The notes under the pieces are model-generated. The model was not told the DNA's origin and did no database searches. It was given only the letters and a program-made list of their open reading frames with translations. The translations under genes were made by a program, and so were the position numbers. A stretch of DNA of 61,765 nucleotides from Ancylonema sp. (lineage: Eukaryota). Positions 42,101 to 54,872 of this stretch are shown piece after piece (the first letter of the stretch is position 1; each line of letters starts with the position of its first letter). The stretch is from positions 1-61,765 of the forward strand of contig JBFLGF010000157.1 in the NCBI GenBank assembly GCA_050230475.1. The letters are read 5' to 3'.

Positions 42101-42372
42101 GAGAAAAATTGCAACAGTACACATATTTACACATCAAGACAAATAATACAAGTACCCTGCATGAATGGTTACACCGTGGAATCGCAAATTCTACGATTTT
42201 CTTCAAAAAGACTTTGACGCTGCATCTCCATATATTGCACGCAAGCATGACTACCACGCAAAAAAATTGGCGTTTGACAATCTTATGCTCAGTCAAGAAA
42301 GTGAACGACTTCTCAAAAAGATGCTGCTTACCGCGAAAACAGAATCACCATGGCAACCATTTTTTTTTTTTT
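39113..42372 (+). mobile_element. Unclassified retroelement-like insert with a frameshifted retropepsin (aspartic protease) ORF, inside copia RT
   Basis: Interrupts copia RT on the opposite strand. Protein pieces INGKIPMKPVIDSGAKNTMIG (41550-41615) and FDLLMGTVFIATLGGCIDTREKKLFYRADW (~41790-41885). The non-coding 5' part is repeated at 4065-4910. Ends at a T run (42360-42373). Boundaries are approximate. Confidence 0.65.
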
Positions 42373-45343
42373 TAAGTTGCCATTGCAGCTTGCCCCTGAG
42401 CTTTTTCTGGATTGTTGAGCTTCTTGCACTGTCGTTCGTGTTCTGATCTCAGCCTCCAAGTTCGCAACAAAAGCAATAGCAAATCTCTTTGGATGCACCC
42501 CTATATTTTCTCTTGCAGATCGACGCACAGGTGGAGAGTCATCATTTGGATCATCGACACAATATTCGGGAGAGTCATCGGCCAGACCAAGAGGATTGAG
42601 AGGAGTAGCGTCATCAGGATACCATTTTGGCCCGTCTTCCAGATGACCACTGTCGTACCCACTGGAGTTGCTTACAAGTTCTGGAAGATCCGTATTCTGA
42701 AGAAGAGGAGAGCTCGGAAGCTGTGGTAATGGATTTCCCACAGCATCACGGATCTCTTCATCGTCATAATTTGGATCGCCATAGGCAGGTTGCCCACTTT
42801 CAAAAATGCCCCCTCTCATTCGAACACCTCCCCCTCCTACTCCTTGATCAGCTGCATCCAGATCTCGCCATGACATTTTTGACACTTCAACTGGCTCATG
42901 CATTCTTGCCTTCTTGCCAACTTTATGTCCTTTCCACCAGTTTAACTTGACAGATTCATCGAAGTCTGCATGACCAGCACTGTTGTGAACCTTGTTCGTT
43001 GGAGGATCTCAGACTCAGTAGCAAGGGCTGTCGGAGTTCCATCCAACTAGCACACCAAGCCAGGCCAGCGCACTCATTTTTCCTACGCGATCTTGTTTTC
43101 CCAGTCTCACATATACTTTGCAGCCGAAAGAGCGAAGATGATCAACTTTTTGAATTTTCCCCGACCACATCTCTTCTGGAGTTTTTGGAAGGCCACTGAC
43201 TTGACATCAATTTCTGAGGTACGAAGCTAAGGAGATTACCTCTGCCCACAGACTAGGAGAAAGTTGCATGTGCAGAAGCATAGAGCGAGCTCTCTCTTGC
43301 AACGTTCGATTCATGCGCTTTGTGATTGCATTGCCTTGAGGAGTATTTGGCGGAATTGCCTCATGTCTGATTCCTATGTTCTTGAGCCACTTCTGCAGAT
43401 CACCATCGATAAATTCTCCTCCTCGGTCTGATCTCATATTTTTGACAAGTTTTCGAGCTCGCCGTTCCCAGATTGCGATCCATTGCTTTGGGCGAGGAGC
43501 TGCACCATCTTTGCTTCGAAGTATTTCCACCCAGGATTCTCGGCTATATTCATCGACCAGCACCATGTTGTACACCCCACCCCCTATTGATGCTGGATTG
43601 AATGGTACTCCCAAGTCCACTGACATTCTTCCTAGGCAGACTTGCTCTCCTGCACCAACTTCTCGACGAGGATGAGGTTTGTCGTGTGCCTTCCCCAGCT
43701 TGCACCCCTCACAGTTCTGCAAAACACCCGAAATGCCTCCCTCCAATCCTCTTACAAGATGCTCTCGTGCCAAAAAAATTAGCACCCTCTCATTTGCATG
43801 CCCAAGTCTTGTGTTCAGAAGATTGATTTCGACAGCAACTACAACAACTTCCCCTTCGGTGAGTCGCTGATGTCGAACCGGAGTGGAGATAAGTTTTTTT
43901 TGACCTGTCGATGTTTCTTGCAGAGTGCAGACCTATTGCCCAGATTTGTTGTAGGCTGGAATGATGCCACCCGCTTTTCCGCTGCAAGTATATGACCACC
44001 CTGCTTTTCTGGCTTTCTGACCGCTGGACAGATTTATGCGCATTCCAAGAATGTACAAACACATTTTGAGTGTTACGCCTCCACACTCTCCCTCAGTATT
44101 CAACTCAATTGTCCCCCACTGTCCGACCAGATGATGCATGATGACCTCGTGAGGGATGTCTTCGAGGGTTTTGAAATGACTTTTCTGCCCACATGAATGA
44201 TGACTGGAACCATCGTCGAAGAGGAAGCCTTTTTCTTCATCATCATCATCTGCAACGTTTCCTTTACAAATCTAAGCGATGACAACTTCTCCATGACCAC
44301 AGCTCTCCTCTTCATCGATTTCACCAACGAAAACAATTTTTCTTCCCGTTCGCACCCCTTTTCTCTGCATTCGTGGAGCGTCGTTTTTCTTGTCGAAAGA
44401 GGTGAATTCCACATAGCCGATGGCTCCACAATATTTGCATTCTTCATTTTTCTTGGAGCAATCTCTGCTATAATGACCTTTCTCTCCACAAGTGTAGCAA
44501 GAATGTCCTCCATTTGATCCAGTGTTTCCACCTCTGCCTCCACGACCACCTCTGCCTCCACGGCTATCTCCTGAATATCCCCTGCCTGTTCCCCTGCCTC
44601 CACGATTGTCGATGCCACCACCTCTGCTTTGACTTCAATTTTTTTGTCGCGCTGACCACTTAGCATAGCTTGACTCAACTACTAGTGCCTCAGCATCTTT
44701 GACAGCTTTTTCTTTCTTTGTCGTCCAGCTCATCTATTCCCATCTGCCCCCAGATTCAGCTGATATCAGGTGTTTCTTTGTGCCCGTAATACAGCTTTTT
44801 CAGAATACCGTACTTTGTTCTTGACATGTTAGCGAACAACGCCATCACTTGATCTCCTCCACTAACAGGGAATTTTTGATGTACACACTCTCAGATGATC
44901 GAAAAAAAAGATTCTTGATGTCTATGACTGACATCTTCTCGTCGATTCTGAAAGAGTTCAGCTTTTCTTTTGCGATCTTTCAAAGTTATGGAGACACTTT
45001 ATCATACTCCTCTGTCAGATAGTCCCTCATCGCCTTTGGATCCCGCTCAAATTGTTCAAGAGATGTTGCGATGTCATCGCTGACAAGTTGCATCAACAAC
45101 ATAACCGCCTTCTTTGATCTTTTGCGGAATCTTTTGACGACTACTGTGTACTCCTCCATTTCTGCTTCATTTGTTATCCAGTGTTCATCATTATAACTAG
45201 CTGTAACCTCATTTGGTATAGTCTCGGTTCCTTTGCAGATCTCAAGGCACTTGGCATCATCAAGAGTAGCTAAGGCCTTAGATCTCCATGCTTGAAAGGC
45301 AACTTTGTCTCCGTCTAGAATGCAGACCGCGCTCTAATACCAC

Positions 45344-45765
45344 TGTGATAACTTTCTTCTGCCATTGATGCAAGAATAAAGTTCACTTCTCTTAATCTCT
45401 TTGAATCAAAAGGATCACGTCATTACAAACGTCGACAGAACAAAAGTGCAAGTTGAAGTAGAAAGTATGGATTACAGAATTCTGCATGCAAGCTCAGACC
45501 TAGTACAGTTGAGTGCTCCCTGGTCAAAGATCTATTGTGATTGAAACTACTTGGTCAATTGCCAATCATATCGAAGCATTCTGCCACATCATCTTGCTCT
45601 TCTCGACAGTTGTGCCAGACGGCCAAGTAATCATTGAAACAAGGACATCGGCCACCATCCGGCTTGCAGCCTGCATTTGCTGAATAACGACACAACTAAA
45701 GCTAAATTCCCGGTATTGCTAAAATCGTTATAACGACAAAAGTTTACAGCCCCTCAAAACTAACA
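45344..45765 (-). repeat. 5' LTR of the copia element
   Basis: 422-bp direct repeat of 37352-37773, adjacent to the PBS. Confidence 0.95.
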
Positions 45766-46101
45766 GGACCGGGAGACAACAATGATCCGATGACAAGAGA
45801 CTTGCTACACGATGAAATTGTAGGGTGCAAAGGACAACGGGGAATCGCGAATGGGGACGGGATAATGATGACGGAAACACAAAGCGTAAAGAAATAGTGT
45901 CACGCAAATTTTATTAGTCCACCGCATAGCGCGGGATGGGGCTACCTATTAAAAAAAAAACGGTTCTGCTTTGTTCGCGGATTTTGCGAGCCCGGCTCCG
46001 AGCGATCTCTCGCGCGAGCCGGATTTTACGAGCCAGATCCGAGCCGGCTCGCAAAATTGCCGGCTCCGGGACCAACTATGGCTTCTAGGCTGATATTTGC
46101 C

Positions 46102-49100
46102 CTAAAATATACTATGCACCCATGTGGTGCTTGCCTTGTTTCCCCACACTCTCACTCTCCTAGCCATTTTAGTGCTCCGGAATTCACCAAGGAGATAAAA
46201 GTAGAGAGCATTCAACAGAATAACCCACACCATCTCGTTTGTCGCCCACACCTCATACCAGTGGGCCAAAACACGACCAAGAGAGACACCATACGCGAAA
46301 AGAGGGTGAAGGGGCAATCCCTCTGTGGAACCCAACACTTGAAGGAGTTGGGGGACGAGGAAGACGTCTTGAAGCAAAGCTCCAAAAGTACCCAGAATTT
46401 GCATCCCAACATGTGCGGGTTGTTGGCCAAGCGAGTGTATCTTACCCAAGCTTTCCATCGATTGGAAGAGCTTTTCCTCGGAATCCATGTTCTTGAAATC
46501 GACGAGGTGGAGTAGAGGCACGTATAGTGCGTACAAGAAAAGGGACCCAAAAATGGGAACGAGTAGCAACACTCGAGTTCGAGACGACCACTCCAACAAC
46601 TCTCCAGCCGACGTCGTTTCTTGAACCGCCTCCCTCATTTCACTAATGTTTTCATTGTTGCCTTCCAAGTCCTCACCCATAACTTCCTCCTTCTCTCCCT
46701 CGTTATTGACGAGCAACATTTCCAAGATGTCCCTCTTCTCGCCTAAAAGGTCTCGTATGCCACCCGAGAGCTTACGTCTTGCTTTCAACACATGCAGCAA
46801 CAAGCGCGAGAGCACGAAGGTCTCCAAGAATCGAAGTGCGAGGATGACGTGGGAAGACCAATTGGAGGTCGTTCGGAACGCCCCCCGGTTCCCGAACCCG
46901 GAAGCGGTGTGGAAGACGTTGGCTATGAGGGACGCGGTGATTGTGCAAAGGGTGCCCAAGATGAGAGAGCACAAACACACCAAGGAGACGCGTCGGCTCT
47001 TCTCTGGGTCCTCCCTCACAGCCCTGAAGACACGGACGGATGGACGAAACGGACGCATGGGAATGGATGAGCCTCGAGGACCAATATTGCCGACCTAAAG
47101 ATATGTGTTGCGGAGTGGTTAATAGTTTGAATAGTGGAAGTCACAGACCGCTTGCCCTGCAGTGGGCCTACAGTCGAGTACATGCCCTTCTTTGCAACAG
47201 TGCATGCCTAGAATTTATCATTACTCTGAACCATCTTCGTTCTCGAATCTTTTTTTTAATGTATTTGACAAAAAGTGATTGTGCTTTTACAGAGGGTAGG
47301 TCAAAATCCCGAAGCAATCAGATCAGTGACCGCGGCTCACTCATAGCGAATCCGAAAAATCAAATGAGTTGCATACATGATCACTTTGTTTGACGTTTCT
47401 GCTTTGCTTTGTTTCCACACCAAAAAAAGGGGAAAAACAAGCAACTAAACATGAAGGGTATAAGATCCAGGTACAGGTCTCCCCGGTTGATGCCAGGCTA
47501 CAGGAAGGGACAAGGGTGTTTCCTACCTCATTTGCCTGAGTGTGCAGACCACAAGGATGGAGGAGACAACAACAGCCAAAACTGCTTTGGCTTCACTCCG
47601 CTCATAGTCCTCTTCCGATTCCTTGCTTACAGTGAACAGGGGAACAACAAATACGAGGCAGAGAGAGAGAGAGAGAGGGAGGGAGGGAGGGAGGCAAGAA
47701 GAAAGGGAGGAGGGGAGGAGGGAGAGAGGGAGAGAGGGAGAGAGGGAGACAGGGAGAGAGGGGAAGAGGGAGAGGGGGAGAGAGGAAGAGAGGGGGAGAG
47801 GGAGAGAGGGAGAGAGGGAGAGAGGGGGGAGGGAGAAAGGGAGAGAAGGAGGAGGGCGAGATTGAGAAAGAGAGAGAGGGAGAGAGGAAGAGAGGGTGAG
47901 AGGGAGAGATGGAGAGAGGGAGAGAGGGAGAGAGGGAGTCAGGGAGACATCGAGAGAGGGAGAGAGGGGGAGGGGGAGAGAGGGAGAGAGGGAGAGAGGG
48001 AGAGAGGGAGAGAGGGAGAGAGGGAGAGAGGGAGAGAGATGGAGAGAGAGAGAGAGAGGGAGAGAGAGAATCAGTATCCACCCTGCCGTGTACGAATGCC
48101 TTGTTGAAGAATATTACCCAATCCCTCCAACATTCTTTGCTGGTTGACAGAGAGCAAGACTTCCAGACTCCTTGCAGGTCTCCCAGCCATGCAACTCCCT
48201 TCTCTCTACCAGGCTAGCCTACATAGTCTTCAGGGTGGCTTTAGATTTGGAAGTCCATTGGTGAGCGGTAGAAAGAATGCGTACTTGTTTTAAAAGTTGC
48301 CCGCTTGAAAGTTATCCTCCGAAAATAGAGGGGGTCTGCCTTTCCCCTCAGGCTCTCTATGCTTCCTTGGAGAGGCGCTCTGAGGTTGATGAGGGGCCAG
48401 GGGTAGTGTCGTGGCAGCTGCATACGCAGTGCCACCTGGCAGTCCTGCTCCTACAAACACCACAGACCACCATCCCGAGTGAACAAGAAGTCAAGCATCA
48501 GAACCGACACCCATTTTCTCACCAGTCCTGGCGGGCAAACGAAAAACGTAAAACTCCGAATTCATTCATTCCCAAACAGAAGACATGCAAGTATACCTGT
48601 CCTGTGGCCCTCCCTACCCCCTACCTCTCCACCCTTGTCCTTCTGTGATTCCACGGGTGTCACCATGGGAGCTAGGCAGCCCCTCATGCAGAGAAAACCG
48701 GTTTGCACATAGTACACTCCCTCTGCCCTCAGCATCTTCACACTTGGCATCCCACCCACCCCCCAGAACCCATCCCGCAACCCACGCATGTCAGTAACGA
48801 GAGCACCATTCTGGTAGCCCGTGTATACAACCTCCCGCTCCAGCTACAATGGATAGAGGTAGAGCTACAGTAAAACGTGAAACGTGTCTTGATTATTACT
48901 GTCCGCACCGGAAAAAATGTATCAATTAAGACAGGTTATTGATCAACAAGTCAGATTTTGGGTGAAACCCGAAATCGGGCGGAAAGTCCATCATTAGTTA
49001 AGACAGGTTATTAATTAGCACAATATTAATTGGAACAGGTTTCACTCTCCTTGTGCCAGTGTATAAAATCCGCCAGCCATCTTGGAAATTCCACCTCCCT

Positions 49101-52097
49101 ATATTCTGTTTTTCTTCTGTGCACCCCCGTCTGACCCCCCTCACCCTTGGCTCTCCTGAGAAGGGCGCTGTGGCACACGGAAGGAGATTGCCACCAAGGA
49201 GGTTGCCGCGTTGATGACCTCGTTGATGGTGGACGGATCATTGTACACGTCTCTGTCTGATGGCTTTGCTCCAAGCTTCCGGTACGGTCCCAACCAATGG
49301 CCTTCGGGGAAGCAGATGCCAGAGTCTGCGTTGCCTGCCAGGAACCCCATTTCCAGGTCGGGGTCCATGTGGTGAAGCCCTGCTGTCGTGTGCTCCGCGC
49401 AGATGGAATCGATGTGGAGATTGTTATCCATGTAGTTGGAGTTCACGGCCATGGGGTCCATTCTGGCACTAGCCCCCTGTGGCCCCCCGAAATCCGCCTG
49501 CTTGTTTGCAGGGGGGAGATTGAGGGATCTTCGGTCAGAGGTATGGCTAGATGATGCAATACCGTGCAGGTATGAGACAAACAAAACGGGGCGACAAGCC
49601 AACCAAAGCAGCCTTAAAGTTGGGAGCCAATTTCAACCTTCACGTACAGCATACAGACAGACAGCCATGTATGTGTAAAGTCGAATAATATGAACAAATA
49701 ACTTGGGGTACAGATGAGGCATCTGCTGTGGCAGATGGAGATCTTATGGTTACCTCCATTCGGGTTCCCGACAGGTCTTGGAGACCCTTGGGAAAGATCC
49801 ACCCCACCCGTTCAGCAATCCACTCCATAGGGCTGCCAGACTAGGATGGGGCAGGGCAAACTGCAGGAGACCTTTCCGATATGGTCAGACTAATAGATAG
49901 TAGACGTCATACATTCAAATGCGAGCATCACTTTCTGACACAGTCCCAGCAGTGTGAATATGCTGCCACATCAGCAGATACTCTCGGGAAGTATTCGCAT
50001 CTGGCCCATCCCCACTTTTTCTGTTGGATACAGATTATTAGGACAGGCATGAGGGTCTCACATTCTTCCACGTCCTCCTGCATGCTGAACTTGTACATGT
50101 ACTCTACGTTCCAGTCACTCATTGAGATACTGGGATGAAGAAAGCAGATCCATGTGGAAAGTTGTCACAATCTGCTGCTGAAAGGCTAACTCAAACATGT
50201 AGGATTTGAAGCCATACAGCCCCTCTTCGAGTATCAAGTCAGGGTCCTCCTCTGGGTCATCTCTGTCAGTCTGTTGATTTTACACCTCAATCAGATAACT
50301 TAATAATCTCCGTGAGAGAGCAAGCAACATGACACGTTCCAGGAACTACGCAGCCATATCAAACCGTTGTTTGCAAAAGTGAATTTAGAATGCACAACAG
50401 TGGCATATGATTCAGAACATGCATGATCGTGGCAACCGTGTGAATGTACTGCTTTCCTGTATTCTATCCGTGCCACTGAAACACACATCACATAATCATT
50501 ATTTTCAACTGTGAATCAACTCTTCAAAGGCTCCAGCATGATTGTGAAACTTACCTCCCGAACGTCAATGGGATTACAAACTAACAAAAAAACAAATATA
50601 AAAACACATGAAATCCATGCAAGAATAGCCAGAGATCCTTACCTCAAGTAGTGACGACTCCCGTCCGATGTCACTTTTCCATTGGTATGAACAAGGTTGT
50701 TCACTAACGTGGACCCCACGGACTTGGATGTCTCGATGACCTGAGCATGCCACGAGGTCCAAACATCAGAACGGTTGTCAATGAAAGCTCGGGTGCAACT
50801 CAGGTACATCAACGAAGGAAGATTCTACTCTCTCTAGGCCAGAAGGCAGCAAGAGCATTAACGACTTACTGGATTAACTTGAAGCAGGAAGTGTAGCGGG
50901 CATTCGCTGGCTTCACCTGAGGTTGCTTCCCGGTTACATCCAACAAGACAGACATTTGACGCGTACTTGTCCGTCGTTGATCCATCTAAAAACATGATTC
51001 CCACTACAGTATCGACATTGCGGTCTGAGTAGTCCATCTGCAAACCGGGGTCCAGATATCAGATGCCGTCTCCAAATCGTGTACCACACCCACTACCACT
51101 GATTCTTTTGTGGAATATGACTATCAGTCAGCACTCCTGCAGATGCCGTCGACCACTTGCGGTTGCAAAGTGCATATTGAGGTAGCGCACGCGTACGCTG
51201 CGACACCAGCGACTTCAAACGCATACAGTTTTGGTCTTCCCCAATTCAGTAGGTCAAGCTGAAATTATCAGAACTAAAAGAGACGGCAGAAACGCAACGA
51301 GCTCTACAAGGTAGGTCTAGTCACCTGCAGCTCAGCGGCAAGCTGTAGCGGCTGCTGTACGGGCTGTTTCTGCTTGGGAGGGACCAGGAGTGAGGAGAGA
51401 TTTGAATTGCCGATGGTCAGCTCCGCTTGGATCCAGGCCACGTCTGCACTTCTCCGCTCAAGAAATTGGAGTCCTAAGTTCATCGAATATATCTCCCCTG
51501 TGCCATCCAGTTGTCCAAATCCTGAGATTTGATGCACAATTCGTTGCCTGACAAATGACCACCCATTCAGATATGATCCGTGGTGTGATTCGGGGAGTAC
51601 TGCTTGCTCTTTCAAATTTCTCGGGAGATGCTGGCTGCAGATATCCATGATAGTCTTTGGGCTCGGCAATACCCTAGGCATCTGCAGCAAAGGGAAAATC
51701 AGCACGGATCACCTTCAGAACTCGGATCACCTTCATGCCGTCGAATTTCAAGGACTTCCTAAAAAAGATGAGAGTTTTTCTCCATACGATATGACCAAAA
51801 TGTCAACAAACATTTTAGACAGGAAATGCGCATATAACTCTATTACTCTATGTACCCGCCTACAGCACGTCCACTGCGAACCAAGTCCAAAATTAGCCCC
51901 ACACAGTTCGTGTTTGCGAAATAAGTAGGCTGAGGTAAAATGTGCATTGTGGCACAGTAGGCATTGGTCCCTACATTTACCCAGCCTTCCGCGCTGAGCG
52001 AGCTCATCAAAAGTACAACGGTTAAAACTGCAGACGCTGACAACGAAGTCACCATGCCAGAGGACAGTTTGCTGCGATCCGTGTTGCCCCTAATCAT
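46102..52097 (-). CDS. DUF2921-like multi-pass membrane protein with N-terminal signal peptide (about 11 exons)
   Basis: Candidate exons 52097-51981 (hydrophobic leader), 51681-51325, 51037-50870 (VCLVGC...ECPLHFLL), 50740-50643, 50129-~50050, ~49840-49754, ~49350-49145, 48742-48664 (LRAEGVYYVQTGFLCMRGC), 48450-~48290 (DCQVALRMQLP...GSIESLRGKADPLYF), ~47612-47527, 47023-46102 (LLQDVFLVPQ...PLHPLFAYGVSLGRVLAHWYE). These motifs occur in the order I recall for plant DUF2921 proteins. Several internal junctions are unresolved. Confidence 0.75.
47660..48068. repeat. (GGAGAGAG)n purine-rich simple repeat (intronic)
   Basis: About 400 bp that is almost entirely G/A with an 8-bp period. Confidence 0.95.
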
Positions 52098-53547
52098 CCG
52101 TTTACGACGACAGGCTTCCAAGTGGGCCGGCTTGCCAATCGTATGAGTGCGATTGAGCGGGGTACTGAGCATAATCAAAAACACATCTCAGAATATTTCG
52201 TCAAGCTGTACAACGGGTCTCACACGGCATCAACAAAATCCTCGACCTGAGCGATATCTGATTTTCTTCGCCAGAGTCGTTTGACGAAAAATCCCAGGAG
52301 TTCGAGCAATGCCCGAAGTCAATCGGTCAGTCTTTCGTACGGCATGGTGCGAAACTGTACGATACAGAGTTGCTTTCGCTGTGAAACCCGGCAGGGGTTG
52401 ATTGCGGTTGACCTCTGAGAGGGTGGGACCCATCCGCCACCTGGGGGAGGTAACTTCCGGCTGGAAAAAGTGAACGGCGCAAATTTTTATGATGTTAGAT
52501 TTTGTCTAGAGCTTCAAAACTCATTATTTTAATTTTGAAATCCAATGACGGACGGTTGAGATACGGACGATTTAGTGGCAAAAAAGTGAACGGACTAATC
52601 TCGGCCTCAGGATTCCTCGAGATAAGGCTTTTGAAGAAAAGTGAACGAATGAACGGCGGAATATTTTGTGAAGAAGGAAAGTGAACGGATTTTTCAGTGT
52701 AAAGGGTAAACGGCGAAGTGAAAAAATAAAATAAAAAAAATCTAAAAAAAATGGAAAATTTTGTAAAAAAATCGGGAGCATGTATCCCGAGATCCTGATG
52801 CACGACATTGCATTTTCGTCGAAAACATATATTTGATTAAACGTGACACTCTTTTGTCTGACGAAGTTACCATAAATTTCGACAAGCAATTGTCTCACAA
52901 GGTTCTACATTAATCTAAGTGGAGAGAAGCCAATCCGGGAATCCTGAATAACGGCCAGAATTCAGCAACTTTGGAACATCACTGTTTCCAGCAGAATCAT
53001 CAAACGACGACGTGGTTTTTTGGAGCTGTGCACAATATTACATTGTTTTAATAATAAAAAAATCGAAATAAACGGAGCAGGGAGATTTTTTTTACAAGTT
53101 TTTACCACTTGAGAGGTCAAAATTTTCTGGAGCAGAAATCTGAAAGTGTGACAGTTAAAATTGATCTTCAAGACTGACTTCTTATCCGTTTGATCTGAAA
53201 CTTTGTCAAAATATGAGAAATAATTTTTAACTTATTCTTACCGAATATCAATAAAATCAAAAGTTATTAGTGGAATACATAGTGAATCATCTGCAAGAGG
53301 TCAGACTCTTTCGACACAAATCAAATTTGAGCGATGACACCTATTTTGCCGGCGACATTTTTATCGACATATTTTTTTCGACGTTCCTTACCTTTCAAAA
53401 AATATTATCAGGACTTACAAACTAGTGTTTAAGTGCCAAATCCGGAGAAAAGTACAAATCTCGGATTTTCACCCCACGCTTATTTTACTCGTTACATCCA
53501 CTCGGAGTCACCACCGATCCTTTGGATTCATTACAAAGCCTTATGTT

Positions 53548-54115
53548 CATGGATATTTCATGGGAAAGAAGAGAAAAAGTCAAAGAAAAATGGTTCGACG
53601 ACATTTACCGCGAAATGGATATAGTTTTGAACTACGCCAACATTACCAAGAAGTACGAGAACTTCCGGATCGCCACCCTTCAAGAAGAGCTCACTAAAGC
53701 TCGGGCTTCCATCCCCTTACCAGAGCATCTAGATACAGTCATGGAGGACAACCTTGACAACCTAGAAGCTGAGCGAGTACAAGAATGGGAGGACATTTTC
53801 CCAATCGACGAGGTCCAGAAGATCACCAACGAGGAGAAAATCTGGCGCATCACCTCTGAAGTTGATAACCGTTTACCCTGTCAATCTTTTGACCTTACAA
53901 GGCGCATGCTGCCGCTCGACAATATAAAAGAAAATGGCAAACAAGCAAATGGCATTCCCTCTCATGGACTTCCAATATGGTGTTCGAGAAGCTTCAACAC
54001 CAACACATGGCAAATTACCTACCCCACCAGGCGGGGATACCCAAGAGCAACCTCTTCCAAAGCGAGCAAGTCAAAAATTGGTTTATTTTGCTACATCGCA
54101 TACCATCGTAGGTGA
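53548..54115 (+). other. Intronless ORF remnant of unknown, probably TE-derived origin
   Basis: An acidic, helical-looking open frame (MDISWERREKVKEKWFDDIYREMDIVLNYANI...) that appears to continue by frameshift into 53934+. No motif recognised. Confidence 0.3.
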
Positions 54116-54446
54116 GGCACCTACGCCATCTATACCAACTCCTTTGACGCTACAACACGACAAGCTCTACGATCTAGCTTCAACGGAAGTTCGGGCACAA
54201 ATCAACAAGCGCATTACCACTTTGGATACGAAGTTCTCGACACATCGAAAATTAGTGATAAGTTTTCGTGGCATTGATGACGTGTCGGTCTGTGATTGTC
54301 TCTTTTTTCGTTTTTTTTTTTGCAAAACTTCGCGAGGTTCCGTTCGCTTTTTGGGGTCCGCGGCTTGTAAGCGGGGGGGCACCACTTACGCCACCTCTAA
54401 AAAAAAAGGACGCGGTCGATTAGTACAGGCGATTTCATTTGTGATA

Positions 54447-54872
54447 GGCCCTCTACTACAACCCTCCATTTCCTATCGCTTTTCCCTGTTCTCCCTCCTT
54501 ATGTGCAGCACCAGCGCTGGTGAAGAAGGTGACCCACAAAAACTTGAGTTGTTGCGGCACATATGTACAATTCTAACTTGGAGTAAGTGGGGGGCCACCA
54601 CTTTCTCCGTTTCGGAGAAAGTGGTGGCCATTCGGTGTTGAGTCTACACATGCAATTTCATGTGTGTCTGGTTCGATTACTGCATGTCGCTTCACGTGTG
54701 TTTGGCCCTCTTCTACAACCCTCGATTCCTATTTCTTGTACTACCCCTCATCCTTGTAGGACGTGCGTTCTGTGCAGCAAGAGGTGTGGTGAATCTGTGT
54801 ACGCAGCGGACCGCGAGAGCCGTATTTTTAACGCATACTAGCGCACCACAGTTGTTGCGGCACATAGGTTAA
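54447..54872. repeat. Imperfect local direct duplication
   Basis: GGCCCTCT(A/T)CTACAACCCTC...TGTGCAGCA...GGTGAA...AGTTGTTGCGGCACATA occurs at 54447-54567 and again at 54704-54868. Confidence 0.75.

Larger units (their letters stand above)
37352..45765 (-). mobile_element. Ty1/copia LTR retrotransposon, decayed, with nested insertion
   Basis: LTRs 45344-45765 (5') and 37352-37773 (3'), both TG...CA. TSD GGAAC/GGACC. PBS TGGTATTAGAGC (tRNA-iMet type) at 45342-45331 and PPT GGGAGGGGG at 37782-37774. Domain order on the minus strand is gag Zn knuckle CYTCGEKGHYSRDC (~44490), protease (~44220), integrase (43785-43207, RSDRGGEF), RT (39106-38243, MDVTIAFL) and RNase H (38246-37881, KRSKHIEIKYH), with many frameshifts. 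Confidence 0.95.

Noticed and set aside
32837..46080. A single 13-kb composite hAT bounded by CATAGTTGAGTCCC and GGGACCAACTATG
   Set aside because: The flanks ACTTGAAA / GCTTCTAG match only 4/8 and the subterminal motifs differ.
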